From: Histomonas meleagridis 2922-C6/04-290x
Lineage: Eukaryota; Protista; Parabasalia
Assembly: GCA_020184695.1 (NCBI GenBank)
Contig: JAANOX010000033.1
Coordinates: forward strand, 1-64,000
Reading direction: 5' to 3'
DNA: 64,000 nt
Made by a program: the position numbers and the translations under genes
In this document: piece by piece, positions 33,590 to 44,892 of the stretch
Layout of the letters: the number at the start of each line of letters is the position of its first letter
How positions within the stretch are numbered: position 1 is the first letter of the stretch
The notes under the pieces: model-generated
Database searches by the model: none
The model's input: the letters and a program-made list of their open reading frames with translations, nothing else
What the model was told of the DNA's origin: nothing

Positions 33590-34090
33590 ATGTTCCAAGG
33601 AATAAACTTCTTAGATTATGTTTTAGCTAATGGATCTATTTGCATTGAAAAAAAGCGGAAGGTTACAAAACAAAAATTTTCTCCAGAAGAAGATAAGATT
33701 ATATTTGATTTAGTCGGAAACCAAAAATATCCCAATTGGAATGAAATCGCAAAACACATCCCAGGAAAAACATGTAGGCAATGCAGAGAAAGATATCAAC
33801 ATTATTTGGCACCCGGATTATCGAAGGAACCTTGGTCTAAAGAAGAAGATGACCTAATTATTGAATTATACAAAAAATACGGATCCAACTGGGCTTTGAT
33901 TGCAAAGCACTTTCAGAACAGAAGAACCAATAATGGTATCAAAAATAGATTTAATAATCATCTTAAAAAACAAATACAAAAACAAGAAGAAATTTTATTT
34001 GAACCATTTTCAAGTGAAAACTCAGAATCTTCTTCAATATTCGTGCCAGATCAATTAGATGATTTATTCTTAGGAATAGATTTATATTAA
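33590..34090 (+). CDS. R2R3 Myb transcription factor
   Basis: KFSPEED...W..IAKHIPGKTCRQCRERY and PWSKEED...GSNWALIAK...NNGIKNRF. Confidence 0.93.
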   Translation: MFQGINFLDYVLANGSICIEKKRKVTKQKFSPEEDKIIFDLVGNQKYPNWNEIAKHIPGKTCRQCRERYQHYLAPGLSKEPWSKEEDDLIIELYKKYGSNWALIAKHFQNRRTNNGIKNRFNNHLKKQIQKQEEILFEPFSSENSESSSIFVPDQLDDLFLGIDLY

Positions 34091-34237
34091 TATCAAAATC
34101 GTCACTTTCCTCCTTGTTAGTAAAGAGATGTTTGATAACTTTATTTTGAATGTCATTCGCTTTGTTGTATAAAAAATATATTGTTTATGTTTTTTTAAAA
34201 TTTCTTTTATTGATTTTCTGCATTGAGATAGAAAATG

Positions 34238-34243
34238 TCACTT
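34238..34243 (+). promoter_or_regulatory. Initiator (Inr)-like TCACTT
   Basis: TCACTT 10 nt upstream of the ATG at 34254; matches the trichomonad Inr TCA(Y)(T/A). Confidence 0.55.
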
Positions 34244-34253
34244 TTCCATCGAA

Positions 34254-36542
34254 ATGTCTGAAAATAACATTGTTTATATACAAAATGTTCCTCCTGATTG
34301 TAAAGAAAGTGATTTATATGAACTCCTCATTCAGTATGGTCCAATAGAGAGGATCAAGATATTTTCACAGCAATTTCAAAATTATAATTATCCAATTGGC
34401 ATTGCACAAGTTCAATTTAAAGAAGAAACCAGTGTTAAGGCATGTTCAAAATCAAAAAGAAAGCATCCTCTTTCTTATGCTAATTGTATTTTACAAATAC
34501 ATTCAAAATATTTAAAACCTCAAGAAATAGAAACAGATTCTAAGAATGAAAATGATCAACAAGAAATTGAATGTGAAACAAATGAAGAATATAACCCATT
34601 GATCGGTTTAAAATTTTCTGTTTTCATATTTTTTTCAAGTGAATCAGTAACTCGCGAATATTTGCTTGACACGTTTGCAGGGGCTCATCCAATAGATATA
34701 ACAATCAGAATGAAAAATTCGTATGATCATTATGGTTTAGCCATTATTAAATTCCAAGATTCACAATCTGTTGAATTGGCGCTTTCATATAACGAGGAAC
34801 TTCCTATTCATATTATCAAGCCAAGTTTAGACTTTATCAATCAATTTTCAGAAGATAACATTTCCCACAACATTATTTTCAAACCACCTCCAATAGATAT
34901 TGCTTCGAACACAGATTTAAGTCAACAATTCCTCAACTTAGAGATAATTTTTAGAGGAAACTCATATAAAGTTAACGGTTTCTTAGCATCCGTTTATTCA
35001 ACGACCGTTTATAACCGTTATCTTACCAATCCCATTCTTCAAAAAATTCATTTAGATATTGACATAGAAGGGCCTTTTGATCTAGTTGTCCAAGCTCTCT
35101 TTGGTCAAGAAGTTTTTGTTAAAGATACGAATGCAAAATTTTTATATTTTATTGGATCATATTTGGGAATGGAATCACTTACTAGACCTACATCTGCATT
35201 GATTTTGCTTTCGCTTGATTCAGACAGCGCATTTTCGTTTTATAATGACATATGCAAATTTAAATTAGATGCATCAACTGGACCACATATAGATTATTTT
35301 GCTGCCAATGTTGACAAGTCTTCTTCAAGTAACTTTTATTCTAAAGTTCCTGTTGATGTATTACAATGTATATTTAAAAGTCCATTTTTATCAATTAGTG
35401 ATCCTGAGAGTTGGAACAAATGGCTAATGAACTTTATTTATCAAGACCTTGCATCTCGGGTCACACTTCTTCAATTTATTGATGTCAAATGGTTATCACG
35501 AAATGACATATCAAATTTAATTCAAGATCCACGCATTAATCTTAACATCATTCGAGGTTCTCTTTTCTCTGCTCTTAAAGATGGTATTAAATTTACTCAA
35601 TACGCCACCATTTTTTGCGAATATATTGATCCCATCAAAAATACAGGTGTCTTTACTAATCTTTCTTATCGCCACAAGAACTCGAATCTTCATGATCTCC
35701 ATGTTGTTCGTGTGAGTACTAATAGTAATCTTCAACAAATCACAAATCCCAATTTTGACAGCTATTGGTGCTCATCTGATACCAAAGACTCTTATGTTGT
35801 CTTTGATTTTAAGCGTAACCATGTTACCATTGCATCTTATATGATTATTTCAGATTCATTATTATCATGGACGATTGAGGGCACAAATGATCCTAACTTT
35901 GGATGGAACAAAATCGAAAGTCGTCGTCTCAAAGAGCAAAAGAACACATTTCATAAGTTACCTACGTCTAATAATTTCCGATACATTCGCATTGTCCAAA
36001 CAGGCAAAAATTCATTAGGAAATCATTCGCTACGGCTTCAGTTTGTCGAATTTTTTGGCAGAGTTAACAACAAAGTTATTGAATATGAAGGAAATGAAGG
36101 AATCTTAAATTACATCAATAATCACGGAAGAGGAAAATTCAAAATTTCGTCATCATCAGACCCTAAATACCTTATAAACGAAGAGTGGAGCAGTTGTTAT
36201 TACTCCCCGAATCAAGAAAACTCATTTATCAAATTTGACTTCATGGAAGCAAAAGTCAAATTAAAGGGATACACATTGGCTGCTGATGCCAAAGGACTAT
36301 GTATGAAGTCTTGGAAAGTCGAAGTGTCAGAAAATGACGTCGATTATGTAATTGCGGATGAAAGATTGGGCGTTAATAAGTATAAAGAACAGCGGCAAAA
36401 AATTTATTGGAAGTGCCAAAACGAAATCGAAATGAATTGTAGATACGTGAAGATTACAATGATCGGGAAATCAAGTAAAAATGATTTCGTAATGGCGCTT
36501 TCAAACGTGGAATTGTATGGTCAGCTGGTGATTCCAGAATAA
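34254..36542 (+). CDS. Multidomain protein: 2x RRM-like, BTB/BACK-like, 2x F5/8 type C (discoidin-like)
   Basis: IVYIQNVP..GIAQVQF; GLAIIKF; IIFRGNSYKVNGFLASVYS; YWCSSDTKDSYVVFDF...FRYIRIVQTGKN...VEFFG; SFIKFDF...CRYVKITMIG...VELYG. Confidence 0.8.
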   Translation: MSENNIVYIQNVPPDCKESDLYELLIQYGPIERIKIFSQQFQNYNYPIGIAQVQFKEETSVKACSKSKRKHPLSYANCILQIHSKYLKPQEIETDSKNENDQQEIECETNEEYNPLIGLKFSVFIFFSSESVTREYLLDTFAGAHPIDITIRMKNSYDHYGLAIIKFQDSQSVELALSYNEELPIHIIKPSLDFINQFSEDNISHNIIFKPPPIDIASNTDLSQQFLNLEIIFRGNSYKVNGFLASVYSTTVYNRYLTNPILQKIHLDIDIEGPFDLVVQALFGQEVFVKDTNAKFLYFIGSYLGMESLTRPTSALILLSLDSDSAFSFYNDICKFKLDASTGPHIDYFAANVDKSSSSNFYSKVPVDVLQCIFKSPFLSISDPESWNKWLMNFIYQDLASRVTLLQFIDVKWLSRNDISNLIQDPRINLNIIRGSLFSALKDGIKFTQYATIFCEYIDPIKNTGVFTNLSYRHKNSNLHDLHVVRVSTNSNLQQITNPNFDSYWCSSDTKDSYVVFDFKRNHVTIASYMIISDSLLSWTIEGTNDPNFGWNKIESRRLKEQKNTFHKLPTSNNFRYIRIVQTGKNSLGNHSLRLQFVEFFGRVNNKVIEYEGNEGILNYINNHGRGKFKISSSSDPKYLINEEWSSCYYSPNQENSFIKFDFMEAKVKLKGYTLAADAKGLCMKSWKVEVSENDVDYVIADERLGVNKYKEQRQKIYWKCQNEIEMNCRYVKITMIGKSSKNDFVMALSNVELYGQLVIPE

Positions 36543-36963
36543 AGAAATTTAAATATGTATATATAATGTAATTTTCATACAGTTTATGAGAAACCATATT
36601 CGTTCGTAATAATTTTATTTCGAGATATCATAACTAAAAGGATTTTTAAAATAAATATTCATTCACTTTTTTTTCTCGCCATAGCGAATGTCATTAAATT
36701 GCTGTTAATTTAACAATGTGATTGAAGAAGCTTAAGTTTAAAGAACCTTGACATCTTATTAGAACACGGATTTTGAGCACAAAACCCATAACTTTTTGAG
36801 CGATGTAATGTATTTAATTCATTTTTTGAATTTCCGATAAAAAGATTTCTTTCAAAAAGTTTATAGAATATTCACTTAATAAATGGTCACTTAAGATGTT
36901 CAAAGCTCATGTATTACCAAACATTAAAAGGGAATTGACAGAAAGGAAACAATATTTATTGAT

Positions 36964-37506
36964 TCAATCACTAGAACAGTTGCATGGGAGACACTCATCC
37001 CATTTATAAATGACAACAGTTCTGTTTTTCTCGCATAAAATTCTAAGAATTGGCATAAATGCAAAAAGAAAAACGACCAATATTCCCCACCAAACCCGAG
37101 ATATAGTGTCATGCAATGAGAAAAACACTAAAATTGATGAGTAGATAGTGTCGATTGGTTTTGAAAAAGGATATGCCGACAAATAAATAATTGCAGTCCA
37201 CGCAGCACAATCGCCTTTTGAAAATGTTGGAGGGAGTAAAAATGAAGCCGACCTCCAAAGTACATTAAACAAATTTTGTTGAACTTCAGATTTTGGAAAT
37301 GTTTTGAGAAAGTTAATTCTAAATCCGATGAATAACATTCCTGAAATAGCCCCAGCGCATGGAGAGTTTGAAAATAATTTTGAAAATGATATTTCCAAAA
37401 TAAATAAATTCAGGATCTTTGAAGCAAATTTACAAGTCAACTCGAGGTCTACATTCATCCTGTAAGTGGTCACGCATACATTTTTCAAATCCCTAATTTT
37501 ATGCAT
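36964..37506 (-). CDS. Hypothetical multi-pass membrane protein
   Basis: ~180-aa ORF with several hydrophobic segments; first ATG at 37506. Confidence 0.55.
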   Translation of the reverse strand: MHKIRDLKNVCVTTYRMNVDLELTCKFASKILNLFILEISFSKLFSNSPCAGAISGMLFIGFRINFLKTFPKSEVQQNLFNVLWRSASFLLPPTFSKGDCAAWTAIIYLSAYPFSKPIDTIYSSILVFFSLHDTISRVWWGILVVFLFAFMPILRILCEKNRTVVIYKWDECLPCNCSSD

Positions 37507-37922
37507 AAATGATTCTTTGTTTCTTTTCAATTTTGCTGGAAAAAGCAGTTTTCAAACACACACAAAAAACTAAGACTTGCGGTTTTTTATAATAACTTTT
37601 TCATAGAAAAGTGACGAATTATCGGTTTTTTATGAAATTAAGAAGAATAAACTCTTTGTAACATTTTCGTTAAAAAGACAAAACAGAATTCAGCCTTTTA
37701 TGAAACTTTCATAAAAACAGTACGATTGTCTTTTCCCATGGAAAATTGTTGTCTTTAACAAGTCTATTTTATTATTTTTGTATTCCATTTTTATCACATG
37801 TGAAACGTTGACATTTTTTAAAAAGTCAAATTGACCTATTTGACCAGAAAAAACGCAGTTAAAATGAGTTTTTACATCATTTTTTTATATTAAAGAATAA
37901 AAATCATTTAAAAAACTAGTGT

Positions 37923-38927
37923 TTATGCAAAGTATTCGATAATTAAATCTTCTGGTTTAATACTACTTTTCTCATCCTTATCAAACTTAATAAATTCCGG
38001 AGCTTTGTCTGTATAAACCTTCATTATTGAAGCATCGTTTCCGCATTTGTACATATAATTAGGTGCAGACCAAACAATTACTAGATTATCATCATGTAAC
38101 CAAACATAACCATTTTGTGTGAGTTGATGTGAGCGTGCAATGAACCCATGATTGATGTCTTGTTTACGATCTCCTTCGTAACTATAATTTCGTGGCAAAA
38201 ATTGATTATTATATAAAAATGTTAATGTATGTTTCGGTCCGAATACATATCCATTTCCACGCCTATTAGAAATGAATTTACTTACTTCATCGGGATCAGA
38301 CCATGTTAAATCAGAAATTATTGGATCTTTTTCAATGTCTTTTCTTCTTTGTAATGTGTCAATTTGATCAACAAGATTGATCTTAGGACTAAGGCCACCA
38401 TGAACACAGAATATCTTTTTATCAATTACAGCTGCGATTGGTAATAATGAAAATACATCATTAATCATAAACCAAATTCCAGAATGTCCATACAACTGAA
38501 TACAATCATTGAATAAACCATATGTTTGATTCGTTTCTTTAGACTCATGATTTCCTCTGAGAAGCCAAAATCGATTTGGATTTCTAATTTTAAGAAATGC
38601 TAAATAAGCGAATGTCTCAAGAGAACAGTAACCTCTATCAACGTAATCTCCAAGGAATAAAAATTGACTATTTTCTTCTCCACCAGCTGCATCAAATAAT
38701 TGGAATAAATCAAGTAATTGTCCATGAATATCACCACAAACAGTTATTGGAGATTGAAGGTATAAAACATTAGGTTCTTTTATCAAGAGATCTGAAAGAC
38801 GATCCAAAATTTGAATAATAAAAGATTCTTTCAAGTGTACATTATGACTTAACATATTACGAAGATCTTTATAATCAAGTTGATCAATGTCTTCTGGTAG
38901 ATCTCTTGGAAAATCATTAGAGCTCAT
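37923..38927 (-). CDS. PPP-family Ser/Thr phosphatase catalytic subunit (PP2A/PP4/PP6 group)
   Basis: GDIHG, GDYVDRG, RGNHE, HGG, WSDP, WSAPNY; first ATG at 38927. Confidence 0.93.
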   Translation of the reverse strand: MSSNDFPRDLPEDIDQLDYKDLRNMLSHNVHLKESFIIQILDRLSDLLIKEPNVLYLQSPITVCGDIHGQLLDLFQLFDAAGGEENSQFLFLGDYVDRGYCSLETFAYLAFLKIRNPNRFWLLRGNHESKETNQTYGLFNDCIQLYGHSGIWFMINDVFSLLPIAAVIDKKIFCVHGGLSPKINLVDQIDTLQRRKDIEKDPIISDLTWSDPDEVSKFISNRRGNGYVFGPKHTLTFLYNNQFLPRNYSYEGDRKQDINHGFIARSHQLTQNGYVWLHDDNLVIVWSAPNYMYKCGNDASIMKVYTDKAPEFIKFDKDEKSSIKPEDLIIEYFA

Positions 38928-39180
38928 TTTATTTTTACTTTCTTCAATTTTCACAACCTTTTCACAAAGTAAAGTTTTAAAAAAGTGGAAATTAAACGTT
39001 TTTTGCAGCTGGACATTAACGTCTTTTGCTTAATTTCCAAGATTTGGTTTTTTTTTATTATGAAATCTAATTACTAAGCATTAAGTAATAGCAATACTTT
39101 ACTATTTTATGATGAATAAACAGATCTCAAATATTTTTCTCAATGAATCAAAAATAAAATCGATATTTTGAAATACGGTT

Positions 39181-39750
39181 TTATATTGCCCATGATGCCT
39201 TAATCATTGAACTGAAGTATTCATCATTATCAAAGGAAGAGCTTAATTCCTTGTAATAATTGATAAAATCAGCTTCTGAAAATTTGCCATCGTGATCCAA
39301 ATCGAACATCTTGAGGATTTCATCAACGAGTTGAGAGACCAAAACTTTTCTACCACCGATTGTTGTAAATTCACCGTTTCCAAATCTTTCAAGAAGTACA
39401 TCCTTTGTAATGTTAGAATCCTTTTCCGGGCTTAGATTCTTGAAGCTATCTTCTATTGCCTTTTTTCTTGTCTTTGGTATATCAGGGAGTAAAAATGACA
39501 AGAAGCAAGAAAGTGATATCTTATCATCATCATCAGAGTTAAGTGACCTTATGAATGTTCTTTTTTCACGGTTATTTAAAGTGACACCTAAACCGAGAAT
39601 GAATTTATCGAATTCTTCGTCAGTGTCAATTCCTCCTTTATGATCGACGTCAATTTCATTAAACATTTGGCTCACCACTTCAATTGTAAGTTTTTGGCCC
39701 TTCTGAGAGATTGCTTCTCTCACCTTTTTATTGATAGCGGCAGTAGACAT
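39181..39750 (-). CDS. Calcyphosin-like EF-hand protein
   Basis: EF loops DVDHKGGID, NSDDDDKIS, DLDHDGKFS; C-terminal FINYYKELSSSFDNDEYF..MIKASW. Confidence 0.8.
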   Translation of the reverse strand: MSTAAINKKVREAISQKGQKLTIEVVSQMFNEIDVDHKGGIDTDEEFDKFILGLGVTLNNREKRTFIRSLNSDDDDKISLSCFLSFLLPDIPKTRKKAIEDSFKNLSPEKDSNITKDVLLERFGNGEFTTIGGRKVLVSQLVDEILKMFDLDHDGKFSEADFINYYKELSSSFDNDEYFSSMIKASWAI

Positions 39751-39884
39751 TTTTGGCAAATACGGTTTTGCACACTTTTTGATTACGATTCATACAAAAA
39801 CAATTTTACTTTTTCAGAAGAGCCGTCACTTTTGCAATAATGAGAATGTTTAAGCAACAATTTATTAATAAAAACAATTGACAA

Positions 39885-42512
39885 TTATAATTCCTTCTTC
39901 CAAAGGTCGGACAATGCGTTATAATCAATGATACCGTTCTGTATTAAGCTTTTCAGGAATTGAACAAATGCATCAAATTTTTCCTTAATTGGGATAGGAG
40001 GGATTGGATTTATTTGGAGGTAGTTGGTATCGTTTTCATATTCTTGATCATCAACATCGAAATCTGATGCTTCTAAAAGTTTTTCAGGCTTTTCTCTTAG
40101 TACTTCATCAAACAACTTTTGAGAGAAGTCACTTTTCAAAAATCTAAACGTATAAATTAATGAATATGCGATATCGATAACGTTCACCAGTGAAGTCCAC
40201 TGTTCGTAAATTGACTGGACGATAGGGAATATTCTATCAGCGTCATAACGTAACATCAACAAGAAGAAGGGGGAAAAATATTTAATTTCAGATCCCATCA
40301 ACGAATAATCCAATGTATATGAGACCTGAAACAATTGTTGAGCCAAATGGACGAAATATTCCTCTGGCAAATTATTATTTGGTACAATTGCCAATATTGC
40401 AGAATTATAAATAAAAGTTGCGATTAAATTATTCAAATTCATTAAGTTAAATCCGATTTGTAACAACAAATTTAATTCTTGTAATGAGTTAAATGGATCT
40501 CTTAAGAACAAGTCATGTGAATATAAAACAATTGAGTTAATAATGTTCGGATCATTTCGAATACTTTCATCTTCAAGTTTCGGTATCATCCATTTAAAGA
40601 AGAACCAAAAAATCGGCTGAAATTCGGGCATACAATGTATCACTGAACATAACAAATCTATGAATGGGTTTAACATTGCGTTTGATATTTGGTTTAATAC
40701 TTTTATACAATTGTTTAATATGATTTGACAAACTTGTTCTTCTTCATTTGGTTTATCATTTAATTGATTAACTAAATTATATAATGAACTTAATACATCA
40801 TCACAATGTCTTGAGTTTGTTGTGTTCTCGATATAAAACATCGCCAAATCAAATGATATTTGAACTATCTCTGGTAACACTTGGATAATACGTTCGACAA
40901 TAAATGGATCTTTAACAAAGACATTAATGACTTCGGTGATTTGTGAATCGCCGAAATCTTTTGATGTTTTTAAGATATGTCCAATGATTTCGACAATCGA
41001 AGCGCTACAAATTTGGCGCATTAAGTTAAGAAATTCGGGTGAATAATTATGACAATTATATAAGTTACTAAATGCTTTAGTTGCAAAATAATGTACTAAT
41101 GGATTAGGCGATCCAATTAATTGGATTAAGTATTGTAATATTTGTGGATCGAAATCGCCAATTCTTATTAAATGAGTTTGATTAAGTTTGTTAATTAATA
41201 ATAATAATGCACATTGTGCAAAAACTGAATTGGATGTTAATAATGGTAACGCTTGATTAATGAAGAAAAATGCTTCTTCACGATGCTTGGCAACAAGATT
41301 AGTAAAGTTACATGAGCACATATGAAATGCACTATATAATGCAGGGCCATCATTGTCTTTGGTATATCCTTCAAGTTTCGCTTTTAAGATATAAAAAATT
41401 AAGTTCGAAACTTCTTCATAATCACTAGCAATAGAACTTAGAGCTGCATATGCAGAGGATAACGCATCCGTTTCGGTAGTACAGATCGAATCAATGAAGT
41501 TATCACATACAAATCGTGTTGGGTCTGTTTGCGCTTGTTGAATCGCTATTGGCTTTAAGACAAAAAATGGTACAAAGAATGAGGAAATGATGTTCGGGAT
41601 GGAACTAGAGATAAGTGAATACATTTCGGGATTATGGCAACATTTTTGGAAATATTGGAAAACGTTAATTTGGAAATGGGCTATCGGTACTTCCCATTCT
41701 CTAAGAATTAATGGGAAACAAAGATTTAATAGTTCCAAACTCATCGGAAGATAGATTCTGGTGTCGAGGACTCGGGAATATAATTTGACGAGACTATTGA
41801 GAAGCTTGAAAAGAGGACCAGTGAGGTTGGTAAGTGGAGTGTTCGTCAAAATTTCGACGGCTTTGGCAAATGGAAGGAAATTGTTGAGATTATTATCTAA
41901 AAATAATCCTGAGAATATTTTGGCACAAGTTGCCGCCGAACCAACGCAAAGATATTGGAGAAAGATATCTGTTGTGTTGAAAAATGCATTTGCTAAAAAT
42001 GAAACAGTTTGAGATATGTTAACGAAATGTTCTTCAAATATACTTGGAATAGGTGTGCTAGGACATGTCTTGATAAGTGAACGAAAAAGTAATAAACCGG
42101 CTTCAACATGCTGAATATCGCCTGAAAAAAATTGATTTATCATCTCAAAGAAAAAAGGCCATTCATTATTATAAAGACTAACTTTGATAAGGACTTCCAT
42201 GAGGTAGGAAAGTGAAGGAAATAATTGTGGTGGAAAGCCAATGAGAAGTCTAGGAACAGATTGGAGTATGATATTTTTTATTTCATCGGTAAATCCATTT
42301 GACCAAAATCTTGATATGGATATACGAAGCTGGATACACGCTGAGTGCCTAATGTTATCGGTATAACTAGGTGTGGAAATAATATGAATAAGTGATACAT
42401 AAAAATCGACCTGACCTTGAAGAGAATTAATCGCTTCGAGTATTTGTCCCAAATGGTCATTATCTGTGGTGGTATATGCCTGATGAAGAAGGGATTCAAG
42501 TTCACCAAGCAT
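39885..42512 (-). CDS. Importin-beta superfamily HEAT protein (importin-7/8-like)
   Basis: IBN_N-like IRHSACIQLRISISRFW, EWP.FF, long helical body with a late acidic patch. Confidence 0.75.
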   Translation of the reverse strand: MLGELESLLHQAYTTTDNDHLGQILEAINSLQGQVDFYVSLIHIISTPSYTDNIRHSACIQLRISISRFWSNGFTDEIKNIILQSVPRLLIGFPPQLFPSLSYLMEVLIKVSLYNNEWPFFFEMINQFFSGDIQHVEAGLLLFRSLIKTCPSTPIPSIFEEHFVNISQTVSFLANAFFNTTDIFLQYLCVGSAATCAKIFSGLFLDNNLNNFLPFAKAVEILTNTPLTNLTGPLFKLLNSLVKLYSRVLDTRIYLPMSLELLNLCFPLILREWEVPIAHFQINVFQYFQKCCHNPEMYSLISSSIPNIISSFFVPFFVLKPIAIQQAQTDPTRFVCDNFIDSICTTETDALSSAYAALSSIASDYEEVSNLIFYILKAKLEGYTKDNDGPALYSAFHMCSCNFTNLVAKHREEAFFFINQALPLLTSNSVFAQCALLLLINKLNQTHLIRIGDFDPQILQYLIQLIGSPNPLVHYFATKAFSNLYNCHNYSPEFLNLMRQICSASIVEIIGHILKTSKDFGDSQITEVINVFVKDPFIVERIIQVLPEIVQISFDLAMFYIENTTNSRHCDDVLSSLYNLVNQLNDKPNEEEQVCQIILNNCIKVLNQISNAMLNPFIDLLCSVIHCMPEFQPIFWFFFKWMIPKLEDESIRNDPNIINSIVLYSHDLFLRDPFNSLQELNLLLQIGFNLMNLNNLIATFIYNSAILAIVPNNNLPEEYFVHLAQQLFQVSYTLDYSLMGSEIKYFSPFFLLMLRYDADRIFPIVQSIYEQWTSLVNVIDIAYSLIYTFRFLKSDFSQKLFDEVLREKPEKLLEASDFDVDDQEYENDTNYLQINPIPPIPIKEKFDAFVQFLKSLIQNGIIDYNALSDLWKKEL

Positions 42513-42921
42513 ATTGTGGAAAAATCTTTGGAATTTGTCTTAAAAACGTTGCAACGTCAGTTAACCGAAAAATAAATTCAATGGCATGTTGACCAATTAA
42601 GCATTCAAAAGGTATAAGTAAAGTTAAGAATATCCATCAAGATTAAAATTGTGATTTATGTCCTCTGTAAAGATTTTATATATCCTGTTTACTTTGCCAA
42701 TAAAGATAAAATAAGCGAATATAATGGATGCACATCATTTAGTAGCTCATTATAATGATTACATTGTCATTTTTTTAAGAATCATTAAAGAAATATTATT
42801 ACAAATGCAATTTGATGACTTTAAGTGAATTTAATTAAATTTTATTATGTAAAACATTTTCATTGATTTATTTTTAGATGATAGTTATTTTTATTAAATT
42901 ATAGAAGTAAATTTACTTCAC

Positions 42922-44892
42922 TTAAATGTGCATCCAACTTCTCATTGCCGCAATGATCTGTGAATCTCTGTGTACTCTTGTGTAATCACTTCCTGCGTAA
43001 GCTTGTGCATCAGCGACATAAGCCTTTGCATAAGCTCTTGATCTACATGATTCGCATGTCGTTACGCACTTACTGCAATCGGATTTACCATCAGGAATCG
43101 CCTTCACTCCATCCTTGAAGTAATACGAAGACAACAACATTCTAATTGGGTAATCGTTATCATTATCAGCGCCGCCATAAGGATCAGTGAACAATTTGAT
43201 TTCGTGCATTCTATGCGTGTTTGGATCGCATCCTTTAACGAGTACGCATCCTTTGTCATGCATATCGCGTGATGATGAGCCATCGTTTTGTTGATCGTGA
43301 TCATCATTTTGGATAACTTTCCTAATGCGCGATAACCTTCCGCCATCATTATCCGGTTCATTAGGATAACCACTCCACCATATCTTAATTTGATTGATTT
43401 CGGTGTCTGTTAATCCTTGTGACTTAAGTTGGTTAGTGAAATATGTTGTGTATGAATAATCGAAATCGCCGACTAAAAGTTGTGATTCGCCGCCAGTGAT
43501 AACTTCGAGCCACGTGAAGAAGTCGACTGGATATGAGCCGCCTAACCTTTGCTTGAACTTAGCGAAGATTGCTGCTAAGTCAATTGGATGAATATGTTTA
43601 GCTGCATCAACTCTGAAGCCAGAGAATCCAATGGACAAAAGATCAACAAAATAATCGGCAATACGTGTGCGTACAAATTCTTTGCTCGTGTCAAGATCTG
43701 TTAAACCAGTGAGCCAACCAGTGTTGATTATGTTTGGATCAGTCCATGAATTTAATGATTTGTCGCAATGGAAGTCCATTGGTCCATATGGTACTGCTGG
43801 ATATTCAAGTACATTAGATGGTTCGCCCCATGAGTTATATTTGTATGTATAACTTGGCGTGTAATATGGTGATTGGTTTTCTTCATCAGATGATTGCTTG
43901 CCGGGCCAATATGTACAACCCGCACCTGGATTACGATGATCTTGTGCATCATTACCGGAACCTGACATATGATTAACAACTGCATCCGCATAAACACGTA
44001 ATCCATATGAACGACACTTCTTAATCATGTTACGAAGTTGTGTACGTGTTCCTGCACGGCCTTGTAAACGATAAGAGACTGGTTGATACATGAAGTACCA
44101 TGGATTAAGTTCGTTCTCCATTGGTTGTGTGGACATAACTTGTTCTTGATGTGGGAAAAGTTTAACGCCAAGATAACCTGCTTCAGCAATTACTTTGCAT
44201 TCTTCTGCAATATCATCATCTGGCCAACCAAACATTTCGACAATTGCACCTTTTTGTCCATTACGATAATCGCCATTTCTTTCTTTAAGTGGTTCAACAT
44301 TCCAAATGAAATCAATTTCATCGAGTTCAAGTGTTTCACCAGTTGCAGCAACAATTTTGACCTTAAGAAGTCCTGTATAAGATGAATCAAACGTCTTAGA
44401 TGGACTTGTTTGGGAAACACCATCGAAATAATATGTAAGAGAAAGATCATGATGTGTCTTCGTATAAATTGTGACTGTACAGGATGTGCGATCTGAGTTA
44501 TATTGAAGTTGTGCATAACCAACAAGTGTGCTCATATCTTGATAACCTTTCTTCCAACCTTCTGTTCCACGTTTTGGTGTATTCCAAAGATGGGTAGCCC
44601 ATTTGTTGTCCATTTCACCAGAACTACTTTGGCAAGATGGAACTTCAAAAGTTGAGCAGTCACTATTTGATGCATTTAAATAATAATTACCTATACTATA
44701 TGTTGCACTTTGATATGTTGTTGTTTTACTTGAACTTGTTCCACCAAATGCAACATATCCAATTAAAACGCCTGAGACAACGCCGACTGCAAAACAAATT
44801 CCAAGAATAACTTTCTTGATAATTGGGTGATTGTCCTTTGTTTCTTCTCTATCAACGTTTGAAAGTAATGGTTCGTTTTGCAACTCTTCCAT
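42922..44892 (-). CDS. GH13 alpha-amylase with N-terminal membrane anchor
   Basis: YQPVSY, DAVVNH, GFRVDAAKH (nucleophile), WLEV (acid/base), NDDHD; TM helix at aa ~27-49. Confidence 0.9.
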   Translation of the reverse strand: MEELQNEPLLSNVDREETKDNHPIIKKVILGICFAVGVVSGVLIGYVAFGGTSSSKTTTYQSATYSIGNYYLNASNSDCSTFEVPSCQSSSGEMDNKWATHLWNTPKRGTEGWKKGYQDMSTLVGYAQLQYNSDRTSCTVTIYTKTHHDLSLTYYFDGVSQTSPSKTFDSSYTGLLKVKIVAATGETLELDEIDFIWNVEPLKERNGDYRNGQKGAIVEMFGWPDDDIAEECKVIAEAGYLGVKLFPHQEQVMSTQPMENELNPWYFMYQPVSYRLQGRAGTRTQLRNMIKKCRSYGLRVYADAVVNHMSGSGNDAQDHRNPGAGCTYWPGKQSSDEENQSPYYTPSYTYKYNSWGEPSNVLEYPAVPYGPMDFHCDKSLNSWTDPNIINTGWLTGLTDLDTSKEFVRTRIADYFVDLLSIGFSGFRVDAAKHIHPIDLAAIFAKFKQRLGGSYPVDFFTWLEVITGGESQLLVGDFDYSYTTYFTNQLKSQGLTDTEINQIKIWWSGYPNEPDNDGGRLSRIRKVIQNDDHDQQNDGSSSRDMHDKGCVLVKGCDPNTHRMHEIKLFTDPYGGADNDNDYPIRMLLSSYYFKDGVKAIPDGKSDCSKCVTTCESCRSRAYAKAYVADAQAYAGSDYTRVHRDSQIIAAMRSWMHI

